32,000 nt of DNA from Micrococcus luteus NCTC 2665 (lineage in GTDB: Bacteria; Actinomycetota; Actinomycetes; Actinomycetales; Micrococcaceae). Under the pieces are notes generated by a model. The model searched no databases and had not been told where the DNA came from. It worked only from the letters and a program-made list of their open reading frames with translations. A program made the translations under genes and the position numbers. Position 1 is the first letter of the stretch; each line of letters starts with the position of its first letter. The stretch covers positions 1,800,001 to 1,832,000 of the forward strand of contig NC_012803.1 in the NCBI RefSeq assembly GCF_000023205.1, written 5' to 3'. Positions 19,964 through 32,000 of the stretch are shown here, piece by piece.

Positions 19964-20991
19964 CGCGGCAGGACACCCGGGAGACGGGGCCGAGCGGGCG
20001 CCGCTTCGGCGCCACGGAGCTGCCCCCGGAGATCGAGCGCGTGGTCCAGCAGGCCAAGCGGCTCGAATGGGTGACGCTGGGGGTGCTCGTGGTCACGATC
20101 GTCCTCGTGGCGATCGTGATGGGCTCCTCGCAGGCCATGCGGGCCGCGTGGATCGAGGACCTGCTCTCCCTGATCCCGCCGATCGCGTTCCTCGTCGCCC
20201 TGCGCGTGGCCCGCATGGCCCCGACGCGGGCCCGGCCCTACGGCTCTCACCGGTCCGTCGGGGTGGGGCACCTCGTGGCCGCCGTCGCCCTGTCCGTGAT
20301 GGGCGTGGTCCTCGTCGGCGACTCCATCCTGGGCCTGGTGACGGCGGAGCACCCGCCCATCGGCACGTTCGACCTGTTCGGGCACACCGTGTGGCAGGGC
20401 TGGTTCATGATGGCGGTAATGGCCCTGTCCGTGCCCGGGCCCATGATCCTCGGCCACAAGAAGCTCAAGCTGGCCGAGCAGCTCCACGACCGCGTGCTGT
20501 ACGCGGACGCGGACATGAACAAGGCGGACTGGCAGACGGGCGTGGCCACCATCGTCGGCGTGGCCGGCATCGGCCTGGGCTGGTGGTGGGCGGACTCCGC
20601 TGCGGCGATCTTCGTGGGCGTGAGCATCGTGCATGACGGCTGGAAGAACCTCAAGGAGGCCGTCACGAACCTGGCAGACCGCCCCGCCGCCACGATCGAC
20701 GGCGCCCGGCCGCACCCGCTCATCGACCGTGCCGAGCGGGTCGCCTGGGCGGAGCCGTGGGTGCGCCATGCGGGCGCCCGCGTCCGGGATGAGGGCCACG
20801 TGTTCCACGTGGAGATGTTCGTGGTGCCGCACGAGGGGGCGGACGTGACGGTGGGCCGCTGCTGCGCGCTGCGGGACGCGATCGCCGCCCTGGACTGGAA
20901 GCTGCAGGACGTCGTCGTCGCCCCGGTGGACGAGCTGCCTGCCGAGGTGCACGGCGGCCGGTCCGGGGAGCATCAGACGGGCGAGGAGTAG
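19960..20991 (+). CDS. cation diffusion facilitator (CDF) family transporter
   Basis: The ATG overlaps the upstream stop (ATGA). 343 aa with about six TM segments and a C-terminal cytoplasmic domain (VRHAGARVRDEGHVFHVEMFVVP). Confidence 0.7.
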   Translation: MTRQDTRETGPSGRRFGATELPPEIERVVQQAKRLEWVTLGVLVVTIVLVAIVMGSSQAMRAAWIEDLLSLIPPIAFLVALRVARMAPTRARPYGSHRSVGVGHLVAAVALSVMGVVLVGDSILGLVTAEHPPIGTFDLFGHTVWQGWFMMAVMALSVPGPMILGHKKLKLAEQLHDRVLYADADMNKADWQTGVATIVGVAGIGLGWWWADSAAAIFVGVSIVHDGWKNLKEAVTNLADRPAATIDGARPHPLIDRAERVAWAEPWVRHAGARVRDEGHVFHVEMFVVPHEGADVTVGRCCALRDAIAALDWKLQDVVVAPVDELPAEVHGGRSGEHQTGEE

Positions 20992-20999
20992 CCCGGGCC

Positions 21000-21530
21000 T
21001 CAGCCGTTGAGGAACTGTCCCTCGAGGGTGGCGGAGGTGATGCGCTGGATCTCGCGCTGCTGGTCGGCGGTCCTCTGGCGCAGAGCGTGCATCTCGGCGG
21101 CGTCGACCGCCGGCAGGTGCGGCGCGAGCTGTTCGAGGACGTGCCACATCGCGGACTTGGCCTGGAGCATGCCCTGCAGCAGGTCCAGTTCGATCTGCGT
21201 CCAGCCGGAGCCGCGCGTGCGCAGCGCGTTCACGGGGTTGAGACGTCCGCCGACCTCGGCCGCCGCGCCGGCGGCCCGGTCCACCAGCGGGGTGCGGAGG
21301 CCCAGTTCGCCGATGAGCGCCTCGAGGCGGTCCTGGTCGTCCTGGACGGCGTCGCCGAGGCGGCGCAGCGCGGCCTCCTGCGGGGTGCCGGCCCAGGTCT
21401 GCTCGGCGGCGCGGAACGCCTTCACACCGGAGCGGGAGCCGAGCAGGTGCTGATTGAGGAAGTCCTCCAGCATCTGCTCGTCCACGGCGGCGGAGGTAGA
21501 CTCGGGGCGGGGGTGCTCATGGCCGGTCAT
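21000..21530 (-). CDS. hypothetical protein (predicted all-helical, no recognised domain)
   Basis: 176 aa with an ATG start and GC-rich third codon positions. It lies 50 nt downstream of tsaD on the same strand and converges on the CDF gene, with 8 nt between the stops. Confidence 0.6.
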   Translation of the reverse strand: MTGHEHPRPESTSAAVDEQMLEDFLNQHLLGSRSGVKAFRAAEQTWAGTPQEAALRRLGDAVQDDQDRLEALIGELGLRTPLVDRAAGAAAEVGGRLNPVNALRTRGSGWTQIELDLLQGMLQAKSAMWHVLEQLAPHLPAVDAAEMHALRQRTADQQREIQRITSATLEGQFLNG

Positions 21531-21580
21531 GGGCCCTGTCTACGGAACGCGTGGGCGTCGCGGCAAGAGACCGGGCGCGC

Positions 21581-22672
21581 TCAGACGCTGACGACCTCGA
21601 CCGGCTGTCCCGGGTCCGCGCCGAACCACGCGTCGGAGGGGGCGACGCCGTCGCGCACCAGGCGCGCGCCGAGCGCGGCGACCATCGCCCCGTTGTCGGT
21701 GCACAGGTTCACGGGCGGGACGGTCAGCTCGATGCCGGCGGAGCGGCACCGGTCGGCGAGCAGGGCGCGCAGTCGCGAGTTCGCCGCGACGCCGCCGCCG
21801 AGCATCAGGTGGGTGAGCCCGTGCTCGCGGCAGGCGCGGACGGCCTTGGCGGTGATCACGTCCGCGACGGCCTCCTGGAAGGAGGCGGCGATGTCCGCGC
21901 GCGGCACCTCGAGGCCGCGTGCCTCGAACTGCTCCACGGCCCGGGAGACGGCGGTCTTCAGCCCGGAGAAAGACCAGTCATGCCGATGCGGGCCGGGCTC
22001 CTCGGCGCTGCCGACGAACTTGCCCGCGGTGAGCCCGCGCGGGAAGCGGAAGGCCCTCGGATCGCCCTCGGCGGCGAGCCGGTCGATCACGGGGCCCCCG
22101 GGGTAGCCCGCCCCGATGAGGCGGGCGACCTTGTCGTACGCCTCGCCGGCCGCGTCGTCGATGGTCGAGCCCAGCAGCTCGACCTCGGAGCTGATCCGGC
22201 CCACGCGCAGGATCTCGGTGTGCCCGCCGGAGACGAGCAGCGCGCCCAGGTCCGCGGGCAGGTCGTCCCACTGCGCGGGCCGCACGCCGTCCAGCATGCC
22301 CACGCCCACGTGCGCCACGAGGTGGTTGATGCCGTAAAGGGGCGTGCCGAGGGCCGTGGCGAGCGCCTTCGCCCCCGCGACCCCCACCATGAGCGCGCCC
22401 GCCAGACCCGGGCCGGAGGTGACGGCGATCGCGTCGAGGTCCGCGAGGGTGACGTCGGCGGTGTCCAGGGCGCGGCGGATCGTGGGCACGAGGGCCTCGA
22501 GGTGGGCGCGGGCGGCGATCTCCGGGATCACGCCGCCGAAGCGCACGTGCTCCTCCACGGAGGAGGCGACCTCGTGGGCCAGCAGGGCGGTGCCGCGGAC
22601 GATGCCGACGCCGGTCTCGTCGCAGGAGGACTCGATGCCGAGGACGAGGGGGGCTGCGGTGGCGGTGGGCAT
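21581..22672 (-). CDS. tsaD: tRNA N6-adenosine threonylcarbamoyltransferase
   Basis: Internal ATG 22672 gives [25 protein letters not shown]...VSGGHTE...NGAMVA, 363 aa. The rest of track ORF 21581..23893 is out-of-frame read-through of rimI/tsaB. Confidence 0.95.
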   Translation of the reverse strand: MPTATAAPLVLGIESSCDETGVGIVRGTALLAHEVASSVEEHVRFGGVIPEIAARAHLEALVPTIRRALDTADVTLADLDAIAVTSGPGLAGALMVGVAGAKALATALGTPLYGINHLVAHVGVGMLDGVRPAQWDDLPADLGALLVSGGHTEILRVGRISSEVELLGSTIDDAAGEAYDKVARLIGAGYPGGPVIDRLAAEGDPRAFRFPRGLTAGKFVGSAEEPGPHRHDWSFSGLKTAVSRAVEQFEARGLEVPRADIAASFQEAVADVITAKAVRACREHGLTHLMLGGGVAANSRLRALLADRCRSAGIELTVPPVNLCTDNGAMVAALGARLVRDGVAPSDAWFGADPGQPVEVVSV

Positions 22673-22698
22673 GGGCTCCAGTCTAGTGAGCGGCCCGG

Positions 22699-23286
22699 TC
22701 ACAGGGCCTTGCGCATGATCACGGCGTCCTCGCCGCCCGGGTAGTAGCGGCGACGCACGTGCAGCTCCTCGAATCCGTGGCGCGCGTAGAGTCGCCGGGC
22801 GACGGCGTTGGAGGCCCGGACCTCGAGCATGAGGGCGCTCGCACCGCGCGCCGTGGCCTCCGCGGCCATCCAGCGCAGCTGGGCCGCCCCGATCCCCCGC
22901 CCCTGCGCCGCCGCGACCGTGCCCACGGTCTGCACGTCGGCGACGTCGCCGACCACCATGATCCCGCCGTAGCCGACGATCGCGCCGGGGGCGGGGCCGT
23001 CGTCGTCCGCGGAGCCGGGCGCGGCCGCGTCGCGGACGACCACGCGGTAGTCCCGGGTGGGCGGGCGGCCGTGCGCGTCCCGCCCGCCGGCGGGGCCGGT
23101 CTGGGCGAGCTCCTCCTCGTAGAAGTGCGCGGGCCAGGCGTCGAGCGGGAAGAGCGTGGCCTCGTGGGCGAGCACCTCGGGGACGTCCCACACGGTCATG
23201 GGGCGCAGCAGGTACCCGGGCGGCAGCCCGTGCCCGTCCTCGGCGGGGCGCCCGTCGCCGGCCGGGGCCTGCTCGGCCGGGCTCAC
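22699..23286 (-). CDS. rimI: ribosomal-protein-alanine N-acetyltransferase
   Basis: The GTG at 23286 overlaps the tsaB stop (GTGA). It has the GNAT motif [10 protein letters not shown]...[11 protein letters not shown] Gly/Pro/Asp-rich insertion precedes the core. The start is less certain. Confidence 0.8.
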   Translation of the reverse strand: MSPAEQAPAGDGRPAEDGHGLPPGYLLRPMTVWDVPEVLAHEATLFPLDAWPAHFYEEELAQTGPAGGRDAHGRPPTRDYRVVVRDAAAPGSADDDGPAPGAIVGYGGIMVVGDVADVQTVGTVAAAQGRGIGAAQLRWMAAEATARGASALMLEVRASNAVARRLYARHGFEELHVRRRYYPGGEDAVIMRKAL

Positions 23287-23954
23287 GCGCCCGCCCGCTT
23301 GCGGGGGCCGGGGACCTTGGCGTCGGATTCGCGCAGGTAGAGCGGCTCGGCGGGCACGAGGCCGCGGCCGCGCCGCAGGGCGAGCTCGGCCACCTGCCCC
23401 ACCCCGACGGCGGACGGCGTGGCCGTCTCCCAGTCCGGCACCGCGCGCAGCGCCTCCGGGTAGAGCCCGGCCCCCGCGCCGTAGACGGGCAGCGGGGTGA
23501 CCTCGTCCGCGGGCGAGACGAAGGGACCGTGCAGCAGGGTCGGCTGCCCGCCGACCTGCGCGTAGTGGGCCCAGTACACCTCGCGGCGGCGGGCGTCCGT
23601 GGCGACCACGAACTCCTCGATCCCGTGGCGGAAGGCGTCGACGCCGGCCTCGTGGGCGAGCGCGTCGAGGCTGCGGACCCCGTGCACGGGCACGTCCCAC
23701 GCCAGGCCGAGGGCGGCCGCCGTCGCCAGGCCCGCGCGCAGTCCCGTGAAGGGCCCGGGGCCGACGCCGACCGCGAGCGCGTCCAGCGCGGTGCCGATGA
23801 CGCCGGCCTCGCCGAGCACGGCCTGCACCGCGGGGGCGAGCACCTCGGCGTGGGCGTGGGTGTCGTCCGTGGCCCAGCGCGCGAGCTCCTCACCGTCCCG
23901 CAGGACGGCGACGGAGGCGGCGGCGGAGGAGTCGATCGCGAGGAGCAGGGCCAT
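23283..23954 (-). CDS. tsaB: tRNA threonylcarbamoyladenosine biosynthesis protein TsaB
   Basis: 223 aa, [18 protein letters not shown]...[11 protein letters not shown]. Confidence 0.9.
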   Translation of the reverse strand: MALLLAIDSSAAASVAVLRDGEELARWATDDTHAHAEVLAPAVQAVLGEAGVIGTALDALAVGVGPGPFTGLRAGLATAAALGLAWDVPVHGVRSLDALAHEAGVDAFRHGIEEFVVATDARRREVYWAHYAQVGGQPTLLHGPFVSPADEVTPLPVYGAGAGLYPEALRAVPDWETATPSAVGVGQVAELALRRGRGLVPAEPLYLRESDAKVPGPRKRAGA

Positions 23955-23964
23955 GGCCGCCAGT

Positions 23965-24588
23965 CTACGGAAGCACGACGCCGGCCCAGCGCGGGCCGCG
24001 GCCGGTCACGACGGCCGAACGCAACTCCTCGGCCTGGCCTCCGTCCTCGTCGGAGAAGTCGGTGACGATGCCGTCCTCCTCCCCCGCCGAGGCCGCGGGG
24101 CCGTCCTCACCCCCGCGGGCCCGGACGATCTCGATGTCCAGCCACGAGGCGTCCGGGTCCTCGGGGAACCCGGCGAGGGACTCGGCCATGCCCCGGCCCC
24201 ACTCGACGACGGTCACGGAGCGGTCCACGCTCGCGTCCAGGTCGAGGTCCGTGAGCTCCCCCGCCGAGCGCAGCCGGTACGCGTCCACGTGCACGAGGTC
24301 CGGGGTGCCCGCCGGGGCGTCGGCCGGGGCGGGGTGGACGCGGGAGAGGACGAACGTCGGCGAGACCACGCCGGAGGCCACGCCGAATCCGCTGGCCAGC
24401 CCCTGGGTGAAGGTCGTCTTGCCCGCGCCGAGGTCGCCCGTGAGGATCAGCACGTCGCCGGCGCGGAGCACCCCGGCGAGGGCGCGGCCGAACGCCCGGG
24501 TGCCGTCGGCGCCCTCGAGCGGGACCGTCGCCGTCAGCACGGGCTCCGGCAGGGTCGGGCCGGGGGCGGGGATCGCGTGGTCGCTCAT
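23965..24588 (-). CDS. tsaE: tRNA threonylcarbamoyladenosine biosynthesis ATPase TsaE
   Basis: The internal ATG at 24588 overlaps the alr stop (ATGA). It has the P-loop [10 protein letters not shown] plus SPTF and VEWG motifs, and an acidic insertion near the C-terminus. Confidence 0.88.
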   Translation of the reverse strand: MSDHAIPAPGPTLPEPVLTATVPLEGADGTRAFGRALAGVLRAGDVLILTGDLGAGKTTFTQGLASGFGVASGVVSPTFVLSRVHPAPADAPAGTPDLVHVDAYRLRSAGELTDLDLDASVDRSVTVVEWGRGMAESLAGFPEDPDASWLDIEIVRARGGEDGPAASAGEEDGIVTDFSDEDGGQAEELRSAVVTGRGPRWAGVVLP

Positions 24589-25790
24589 GGGCGGGCCTCC
24601 TGGGTCGGCGTGGGGTCCACGTGCTGCCGGTCCACGCGGCCTCCGATGCGGGTCACCAGCTCGTAGTTGATCGTCCCGGCGGCCGCGGCCCACTCCTCCA
24701 CCGGAATGCCGGAGGCCGGTCCGAACAGCTCGACGGCGTCGCCGGGCGCGTCCGCGGCGTCCGGGCCGAGGTCCACCACGAACTGGTCCATCGCGATGCG
24801 GCCCACCACGGGGACGGTCCGGCCGCCGACGTGGACGCGCGTGCCCTCGACGACGCGCGGGACGCCGTCGGCGTAGCCGACGGGCACGAGCCCGAGGGTG
24901 GTGGGCTCCGCCGTGACGTGGCGGAACCCGTAGGACACGCCCTGCCCGGCGGGGACGGCCTTGACGTTGGCCAGGACGGTGACGAGGGACATGGCCGGGC
25001 GCAGCCCGAGCTCGGCGGCGGTGACCTCCGCGAACGGGGAGAGCCCGTACAGGCCCAGGCCGACGCGCACCATGTCCAGGTGCGTGTCCGGCCGGGCGAG
25101 GGTGGCGGGCGTGTTGGCCAGGTGCCGCAGCAGCGGGTGGCCGAGCGTCTCGGCGGCCTCGGCGGCCATCCGTTCGAACCGCAGCAGCTGCGCCGTGGTC
25201 TCGGCGGCCCGGTCCGGCTCGTCCGCCACGCCGAGGTGGGAGAACACGCCCTCCACCCGCACGAGGCCCGCGGCCTCGAGCTCGGCGGCACGCGCGACGA
25301 ACGCGGGCCACCGCTCGGGCGTGCAGCCGTGGCGGCCCAGGCCGGTGTCCGCCTTCAGGTGCAGGACGGCGCGGGCCTCGGGTCCGGCCCCGCCGCGGGC
25401 CCGCAGCCCGCGGACGGCGTCGGCGGCGGCGTCGAGGTCCCAGCCCGAGACGCCGAGGGTCACCTCCGCCTCCACCGCGGCGGCGAAGTCCGTGGCCCCG
25501 GTGTGCAGCCACGCGAGCACGGGCAGGGGCACCCCCGCCGCGCGCAGGGCCAGGGCCTCGCGCACATGGGCCACCCCGAGCCGGTCCGCGCCGGCGGCCG
25601 CGGCGGCGCGGGCGACGGCCACCGCGCCGTGGCCGTAGGCGTCAGCCTTGACGACGGCGGTCAGCAGCGGCCGGCTGCCGTCGGGGCGCCGGATCCGCTC
25701 CCGCAGCACGCCCACGTTGTGCCGGACGGCCGCCAGGTCGATGCGTACGGCGCGCTCGGTGTCCGCCGGGTTGACGTCGGCGCGGCTCAT
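24585..25790 (-). CDS. alr: alanine racemase
   Basis: The internal ATG at 25790 overlaps the nnr stop (ATGA). It has the PLP-lysine motif VVKADAYGHG and the C-terminal INYELVTRIG. 401 aa. Confidence 0.93.
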   Translation of the reverse strand: MSRADVNPADTERAVRIDLAAVRHNVGVLRERIRRPDGSRPLLTAVVKADAYGHGAVAVARAAAAAGADRLGVAHVREALALRAAGVPLPVLAWLHTGATDFAAAVEAEVTLGVSGWDLDAAADAVRGLRARGGAGPEARAVLHLKADTGLGRHGCTPERWPAFVARAAELEAAGLVRVEGVFSHLGVADEPDRAAETTAQLLRFERMAAEAAETLGHPLLRHLANTPATLARPDTHLDMVRVGLGLYGLSPFAEVTAAELGLRPAMSLVTVLANVKAVPAGQGVSYGFRHVTAEPTTLGLVPVGYADGVPRVVEGTRVHVGGRTVPVVGRIAMDQFVVDLGPDAADAPGDAVELFGPASGIPVEEWAAAAGTINYELVTRIGGRVDRQHVDPTPTQEARP

Positions 25791-27364
25791 TGGACGGCCT
25801 CCGGCTCGGCGTCGTCCGGCCACCACAGGCGCGCGACGCGCGCGCCCAGCGCGGTCGGCAGCGTGGCCGTGGTGATCCGCCCGGCGCGGGCCTGGTCGGC
25901 CCCGGCCTGGGCGTGCAGCCAGGCGGCGGCGGCCGCGAGCCGGGCCGTGGGCGCCGGGCCGGGATCCTCCCCGGCCCGGCGCGCCCGCGAGCGCCGCGCC
26001 ACGTCCGCGGCCAGGACGGCACCGATCGCCCCGGAGAGCACGTCGCCGGTGCCGCCCATCGCGAGGTCGGGCCCGCCGCCGGTCACGACCCACGCCTCGC
26101 CGTCCGGGGCGACCACGAGGGTGCGCGGGCCCTTGAGCAGGACCGTGGCGCCGTGTTCGGCCGTCCACGCGCGGAGGGCGGCGAGCGGGTCGGCGGCGTC
26201 GGCGCCGTCCGCGGGGACGCGCTCGCGCAGCCGGGACCACTCCCCGGCGTGCGGCGTCAGGACCACGGGCGTGCCGGCCGCGCGCAGCGACCGCAGCTCG
26301 GCGGCGGTGAGGAGGGCAAGGGCCGAGGCGTCAGCGAGCAGGGCCGCCTCCGGTCGCTCCTCGAGCGCGGCGAGGACGCCGGCCCAGCGCCGCCGCGCGT
26401 CATGCTCGGTGTCCAGGCCGGGGCCGGCCACCCAGGCGTCCGCGCGCGACGGCTCGGGCCCCTTCGCCGAGACCAGCGCCTCGGGGTGGGCGGTGAGCAC
26501 CAGGTCCCGGGTGGTCTGCGGGCCGGCGTGGTGCACCATGCCCGCGCCCGTGTGCAGCGCGCCCGCGCTCGCGAGCACGGCGGCCCCCGGGTAGCGCTCC
26601 GATCCGGCGACGACGGCCACCACGCCGCGCGTGTACTTGTGGGCCTCGGCTGCGGGGGCCGGGTGGGCGGCTCGTGCGGCGGCCTCGTCCATCACGCCCA
26701 GCCGCACGGCCGGCGACGTCGGCAGGTGCGGTCCCAGCCCGATGTCCACTACGTGCACGGTGCCCGCGCGCGCGGCCCCCTCCCCGAGGACGAGACCGGA
26801 CTTGAGGGCGCCGAACGTCACGGTCGCGTCCGCGCGGAGGGCCTCCCCCCGCACCTCGCCGGTGTCCGCGTCCACGCCGGAGGGCACGTCGCAGGCCAGC
26901 ACGAGCGCGTCCGCCGGCAGCGCGCGCGCCGCGGCGGGCAGCTCGTACTCGCCGGTGAAGCCCGTGCCGAGCACGCCGTCCACCACGAGCGCGGCCTCGG
27001 GCGGCACCGCGTCGGCGCGGCGTCCCCCGGCCGCCTGCAGCGCAGCCCAGCCCTCGGCGTGCCAGCGCGGGGCGCCGTCGTCGTCCCGGCGGACGGGCAC
27101 GGCGACCGCGGCCACGCCCCGGCGGCGCAGGAAGGCGAGGGCGAACAGCGCGTCCCCGCCGTTGTTGCCGGGGCCGACGAGGGCGGCCACGGTCGCCCCG
27201 GCCACGGGGCCGCGCTCACGCAGCAGGGCGGCGGCGTGCTCGGCCAGGGCCCAGGCGGCGGCGCGCATCAGCTCCGGGCCGCGCCCGGCCGCGAGCAGGG
27301 GCTCCTCGGCCGTGCGCACGGCCGAGCCGGTCACGGCGATGCGGGTCAGGTCATCGGCGGTCAT
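25787..27364 (-). CDS. nnr: bifunctional NAD(P)H-hydrate epimerase / ADP-dependent dehydratase
   Basis: 525 aa with a YjeF N-terminal domain (GPGNNGGDA) and a C-terminal carbohydrate-kinase-like domain (GGTGDVLSG). Confidence 0.9.
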   Translation of the reverse strand: MTADDLTRIAVTGSAVRTAEEPLLAAGRGPELMRAAAWALAEHAAALLRERGPVAGATVAALVGPGNNGGDALFALAFLRRRGVAAVAVPVRRDDDGAPRWHAEGWAALQAAGGRRADAVPPEAALVVDGVLGTGFTGEYELPAAARALPADALVLACDVPSGVDADTGEVRGEALRADATVTFGALKSGLVLGEGAARAGTVHVVDIGLGPHLPTSPAVRLGVMDEAAARAAHPAPAAEAHKYTRGVVAVVAGSERYPGAAVLASAGALHTGAGMVHHAGPQTTRDLVLTAHPEALVSAKGPEPSRADAWVAGPGLDTEHDARRRWAGVLAALEERPEAALLADASALALLTAAELRSLRAAGTPVVLTPHAGEWSRLRERVPADGADAADPLAALRAWTAEHGATVLLKGPRTLVVAPDGEAWVVTGGGPDLAMGGTGDVLSGAIGAVLAADVARRSRARRAGEDPGPAPTARLAAAAAWLHAQAGADQARAGRITTATLPTALGARVARLWWPDDAEPEAVQ

Positions 27365-27741
27365 GCGGACTCCTCCTCGGCCGCGCGGCGTTCGGCGACC
27401 ACGTAGGCGGTGGCGACGTCCCCGTCATGACTGAGGGAGAGGTGCCAGTGGGTGATGCCCAGGGCCTCGGCCTGGGCCTGGACGGTGCCGGTCAGGTGCA
27501 CGGTGGGGCGGCCGTCGCCGTGGTCCGGGCGCGGGATCCAGCAGTGGTGCCACATCATCCCGGGCGGGGCGCCCATGGCCTTGGCGATCGCCTCCTTGGC
27601 GGCGAAGCGCGCGGCCAGCGAGCGCAGCGGCAGGTCCCGCTCGTCCTCGGTGAACAGGCGTGCGCGCAGCGCCGGCGTGCGCTCGAGCTGCGCCCGGAAC
27701 CGCGGGACGTCCACCACGTCCACCCCCACGCCGACGATCAC
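27361..27741 (-). CDS. acpS: holo-[acyl-carrier-protein] synthase
   Basis: The GTG at 27741 overlaps the upstream stop (GTGA). 126 aa, [15 protein letters not shown]...[11 protein letters not shown]...LSLSHDGD. Confidence 0.9.
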   Translation of the reverse strand: MIVGVGVDVVDVPRFRAQLERTPALRARLFTEDERDLPLRSLAARFAAKEAIAKAMGAPPGMMWHHCWIPRPDHGDGRPTVHLTGTVQAQAEALGITHWHLSLSHDGDVATAYVVAERRAAEEESA

Positions 27742-28465
27742 GCCGCCCCCGCCCGCCGGGCGCCCACGACGACGGCGCCGGCCTCGTCCCCGACGGGCTG
27801 CCCGCGCAGTCGCTTGGCCAGGTCGAGCGGCCACTGCAGCACGCCGGGCAGCTGCTGGTCGCAGCCCGGCGTGAGCATCACCTTCCCGTAGGCCAGCACG
27901 CCGTAGACGCCGTGCTGCAGGCGGCCGAGCCGGTCGAAGCCGGCGTCGAACGCGTACAGGGACACACGGCCCTCCTCGGGGGTGAAGCACCGCTCCGCCA
28001 GCAGCCGCGCGCGCTCCACGTGCTGGTGGAAGGTGAGCACGCCCAGGTGGTGCAGGCCGAGCTCGCGCATGCGGTCGGCCGCATGGATGACCTCGCCCTG
28101 GGTGGTCACCGGATCGGGCGCGAAGCACTCGACGGTGACCCCGGCCAGCCGCGGGTCGCGCTCCTCCGGACCGCCGCACAGCTTCTCGTGCCCGTCCGGC
28201 CCCAGGTACGTGGAGACGAAGAGCCGGTCGGTGACGCCGGACGCGGCGAGCTCGGTCGCGGCGTCATAGACGCGGGGCCGGCTGTAGAGGACGAGGAGGG
28301 CGTCCACGCGCGGTGCGTCGTCCGGGTGCGGGTCCGTCACGGCGTGCGTGGCCCACCCCGCGCCGAAGGCCAGTCCCAGCGCCGCCAGGGTCGCCACGGT
28401 GGCGCAGAGGACCCGCGCCCACCGCGGCAGGCCACGGCGGACGCGCCCCCGGTCGACCTGCGGGC

Positions 28466-28469
<4 letters not shown>
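27738..28469 (-). CDS. DUF218 (YdcF/ElyC-like) membrane-anchored protein
   Basis: The ATG at 28469 overlaps the glgX stop (ATGA). 243 aa with an N-terminal TM helix. It contains LLVLYS...VTTQGEV...[15 protein letters not shown], which resembles the DUF218 core. Confidence 0.6.
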
Positions 28470-30595
<2,126 letters not shown>

Positions 30596-30690
30596 GACTC
30601 TCCGGGGTCTCGTCGTGCGGCCCGCCGGGTGCGGCGGGCCTCCTCGGGGAGTCTACTGGCGCGGGCGGACGCCATCCCCGGACGCGTCGC

Positions 30691-30720
30691 GGGCCCGGCC
30701 GCTGTGTGGCGGCCGGGCCC
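30691..30720 (-). terminator. perfect 12-bp stem / 6-nt loop hairpin downstream of glmS
   Basis: GGGCCCGGCCGC-tgtgtg-GCGGCCGGGCCC, 33 nt past the glmS stop on the minus strand. Confidence 0.5.
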
Positions 30721-30753
30721 GGCAGGAGAGGTCGCGGTGGCCTCAGCGGCGGA

Positions 30754-32000
30754 TCACTCCACCGTGACGGACTTGGCGAGGTTGCGCGGCTGGTCCACGT
30801 CGTAGCCCTTCGCCGTGGCGAGCTCGAGGGCGAAGATCTGCAGCGGGACCGTGGTCAGCAGCGGCATGAGCATCGGCTGGGTCTCGGGGACCTCGAAGAC
30901 GACCTCGGCCTGGCCGCGCACGGCCGCGTCGCCGCGCTCGGCGACGGCGAAGGTGCGGGCGCCGCGGGCACGGACCTCCTGGATGTTCGAGACCACCTTG
31001 GCGTGCAGCGAGTGACGGTCCAGGGGCGAGGGCATGACCACGAAGACCGGCTGGCCGTCGTCGATCAGGGCGATCGGGCCGTGCTTGAGCTCGCCCGCGG
31101 CGAAGCCCTCGGCGTGGATGTACGCGAGCTCCTTGAGCTTGAGCGCGCCCTCCATGGCCACCGGGTAGCCGACGTTGCGGCCGAGGAACAGGACGGAGGT
31201 GGCGTCGGCCATCGAGCGGGCGAGCTCCTTGACCTGGTCCTTGCCGGCGAGGATCTCCTCGATCTTGCCGGGGATCGCCCCGAGGTCCGCCAGGATGTCC
31301 TTGATCTGGCCGCTGAACAGCTTCTTGTTCAGCTGGGCCAGGTACAGGCCCAGCAGGTAGGCGGCGGTGATCTGCGCCAGGAACGCCTTGGTGGAGGCGA
31401 CGGCGATCTCGGGGCCGGCGTGCGTGTAGAGCACGGCGTCCGACTCGCGCGGGATCGTGGAGCCGTTGGTGTTGCAGATGGACACGGTGCGGGCGCCCTG
31501 CTCCTTGGCGTAGCGGACCGCCATGAGGGTGTCCATGGTCTCGCCGGACTGGGAGATGGACACCACGAGGGTGTGCGGGTCGATGATCGGGTCGCGGTAG
31601 CGGAACTCGTGGGAGAGCTCCACCTCCACGGGGATCCGGCACCAGTGCTCGATGGCGTACTTGGCCACCGTGCCCGCGTAGGCGGACGTGCCGCACGCCA
31701 GGACGATGATCTTGTCGACGGCCTTGAGCTCCTCGGGGTCGATCCGCAGCTCGTCCAGCATCAGCGCGCCGGCGGCGTCCGTGCGGCCCAGCAGGGTGTC
31801 CTGCACGGCCTGGGGCTGGTCGTGGATCTCCTTCTCCATGAAGGTCTCGAAGCCGCCCTTCTCCGCGGCCGAGGCGTCCCAGTCCACGGTGAAGCGCTTG
31901 CCCTCGGCGGGGCCGCCCCGGAAGTCCGAGATCTCGACGGCGTCGGCCGTGATCGTCACGACCTGGTCCTGCTCGAGCTCGATGGCCTCGCGGGTGAAGT
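30754..32000 (-). CDS. glmS: glutamine--fructose-6-phosphate aminotransferase (C-terminal SIS domains; the 5-prime part is outside the window)
   Basis: The frame stays open to position 32000 (…FTREAIELEQDQVVTITADAVEI…). The track start at 31959 is only an internal GTG. The protein ends ...YDVDQPRNLAKSVTVE, the canonical GlmS C-terminus. Confidence 0.95.
   Translation of the reverse strand, partial: FTREAIELEQDQVVTITADAVEISDFRGGPAEGKRFTVDWDASAAEKGGFETFMEKEIHDQPQAVQDTLLGRTDAAGALMLDELRIDPEELKAVDKIIVLACGTSAYAGTVAKYAIEHWCRIPVEVELSHEFRYRDPIIDPHTLVVSISQSGETMDTLMAVRYAKEQGARTVSICNTNGSTIPRESDAVLYTHAGPEIAVASTKAFLAQITAAYLLGLYLAQLNKKLFSGQIKDILADLGAIPGKIEEILAGKDQVKELARSMADATSVLFLGRNVGYPVAMEGALKLKELAYIHAEGFAAGELKHGPIALIDDGQPVFVVMPSPLDRHSLHAKVVSNIQEVRARGARTFAVAERGDAAVRGQAEVVFEVPETQPMLMPLLTTVPLQIFALELATAKGYDVDQPRNLAKSVTVE

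Noticed and set aside
19960-20991. Possibly non-canonical metal-site residues in the CDF transporter (AWIEDLLS in TM2, ADADMNKAD in TM5 instead of H/D-xxx-D pairs)
   Set aside because: I cannot align TM2/TM5 reliably by eye, so the apparent His-to-Met/Ser substitutions may be alignment artefacts. It needs a profile alignment before being claimed.
21581-23893. 770-aa ORF fusing tsaD with upstream sequence; also the long tracks 23965..25512, 24585..26240, 27361..28179, 27738..28799 and 10556..12202
   Set aside because: The upstream parts are out-of-frame read-throughs of neighbouring same-strand genes and are Arg/Pro/Gly-rich. Internal ATG/GTG starts give canonical N-termini and 4-nt overlaps with the preceding stop.
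30596-30753. Looked for a glmS ribozyme or other riboswitch near glmS
   Set aside because: This spacer is downstream of glmS and contains only a terminator hairpin and a small 9-bp stem ahead of glgX. The glmS 5-prime region lies outside the window, so nothing can be said.

Overview
This window is a very GC-rich, Micrococcales-like actinobacterial chromosome segment, mostly conserved housekeeping genes. On the minus strand it carries a SURF1-like gene fragment, guaB3 and guaB, groES-groEL1 with a promoter and two CIRCE operators, and a long run of overlapping genes: glmS(partial) / glgX-DUF218-acpS-nnr-alr-tsaE-tsaB-rimI-tsaD. Between tsaD and groES lies about 12.7 kb of accessory-looking content. 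It holds a helical hypothetical protein and a four-gene overlapping operon (Zn-ADH lacking its structural-zinc lobe, SDR epimerase-like, truncated SBP-like lipoprotein, CDF transporter). It also holds a divergent leaderless pair (THUMP-like SAM methyltransferase / GCS2 carboxylate-amine ligase) and a FatBDCE/YclNOPQ-type siderophore ABC uptake operon with a candidate IdeR/DtxR box. A DAACS symporter and a BCCT transporter sit between guaB and groEL. The most unusual structure is a 1.38-kb unit at 9095-10476. It is a single ORF (AbiEi-like wHTH N-terminus plus DUF559/Vsr-like nuclease C-terminus) bracketed by gapless 96-nt imperfect inverted arms. Each arm is built from a 13-nt motif (TCCGTGGGCAGAA) repeated at exactly 30-nt phase and ends inward in a perfect palindromic hairpin. 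I read this as a possible REPtron-like or transposon-end-like cassette, or as an operator array for its own DNA-binding nuclease, but only genome-wide comparison can decide. I recognised no rRNA, tRNA, CRISPR array or classical IS transposase. The many long antisense or out-of-frame ORFs in the track are high-GC artefacts.
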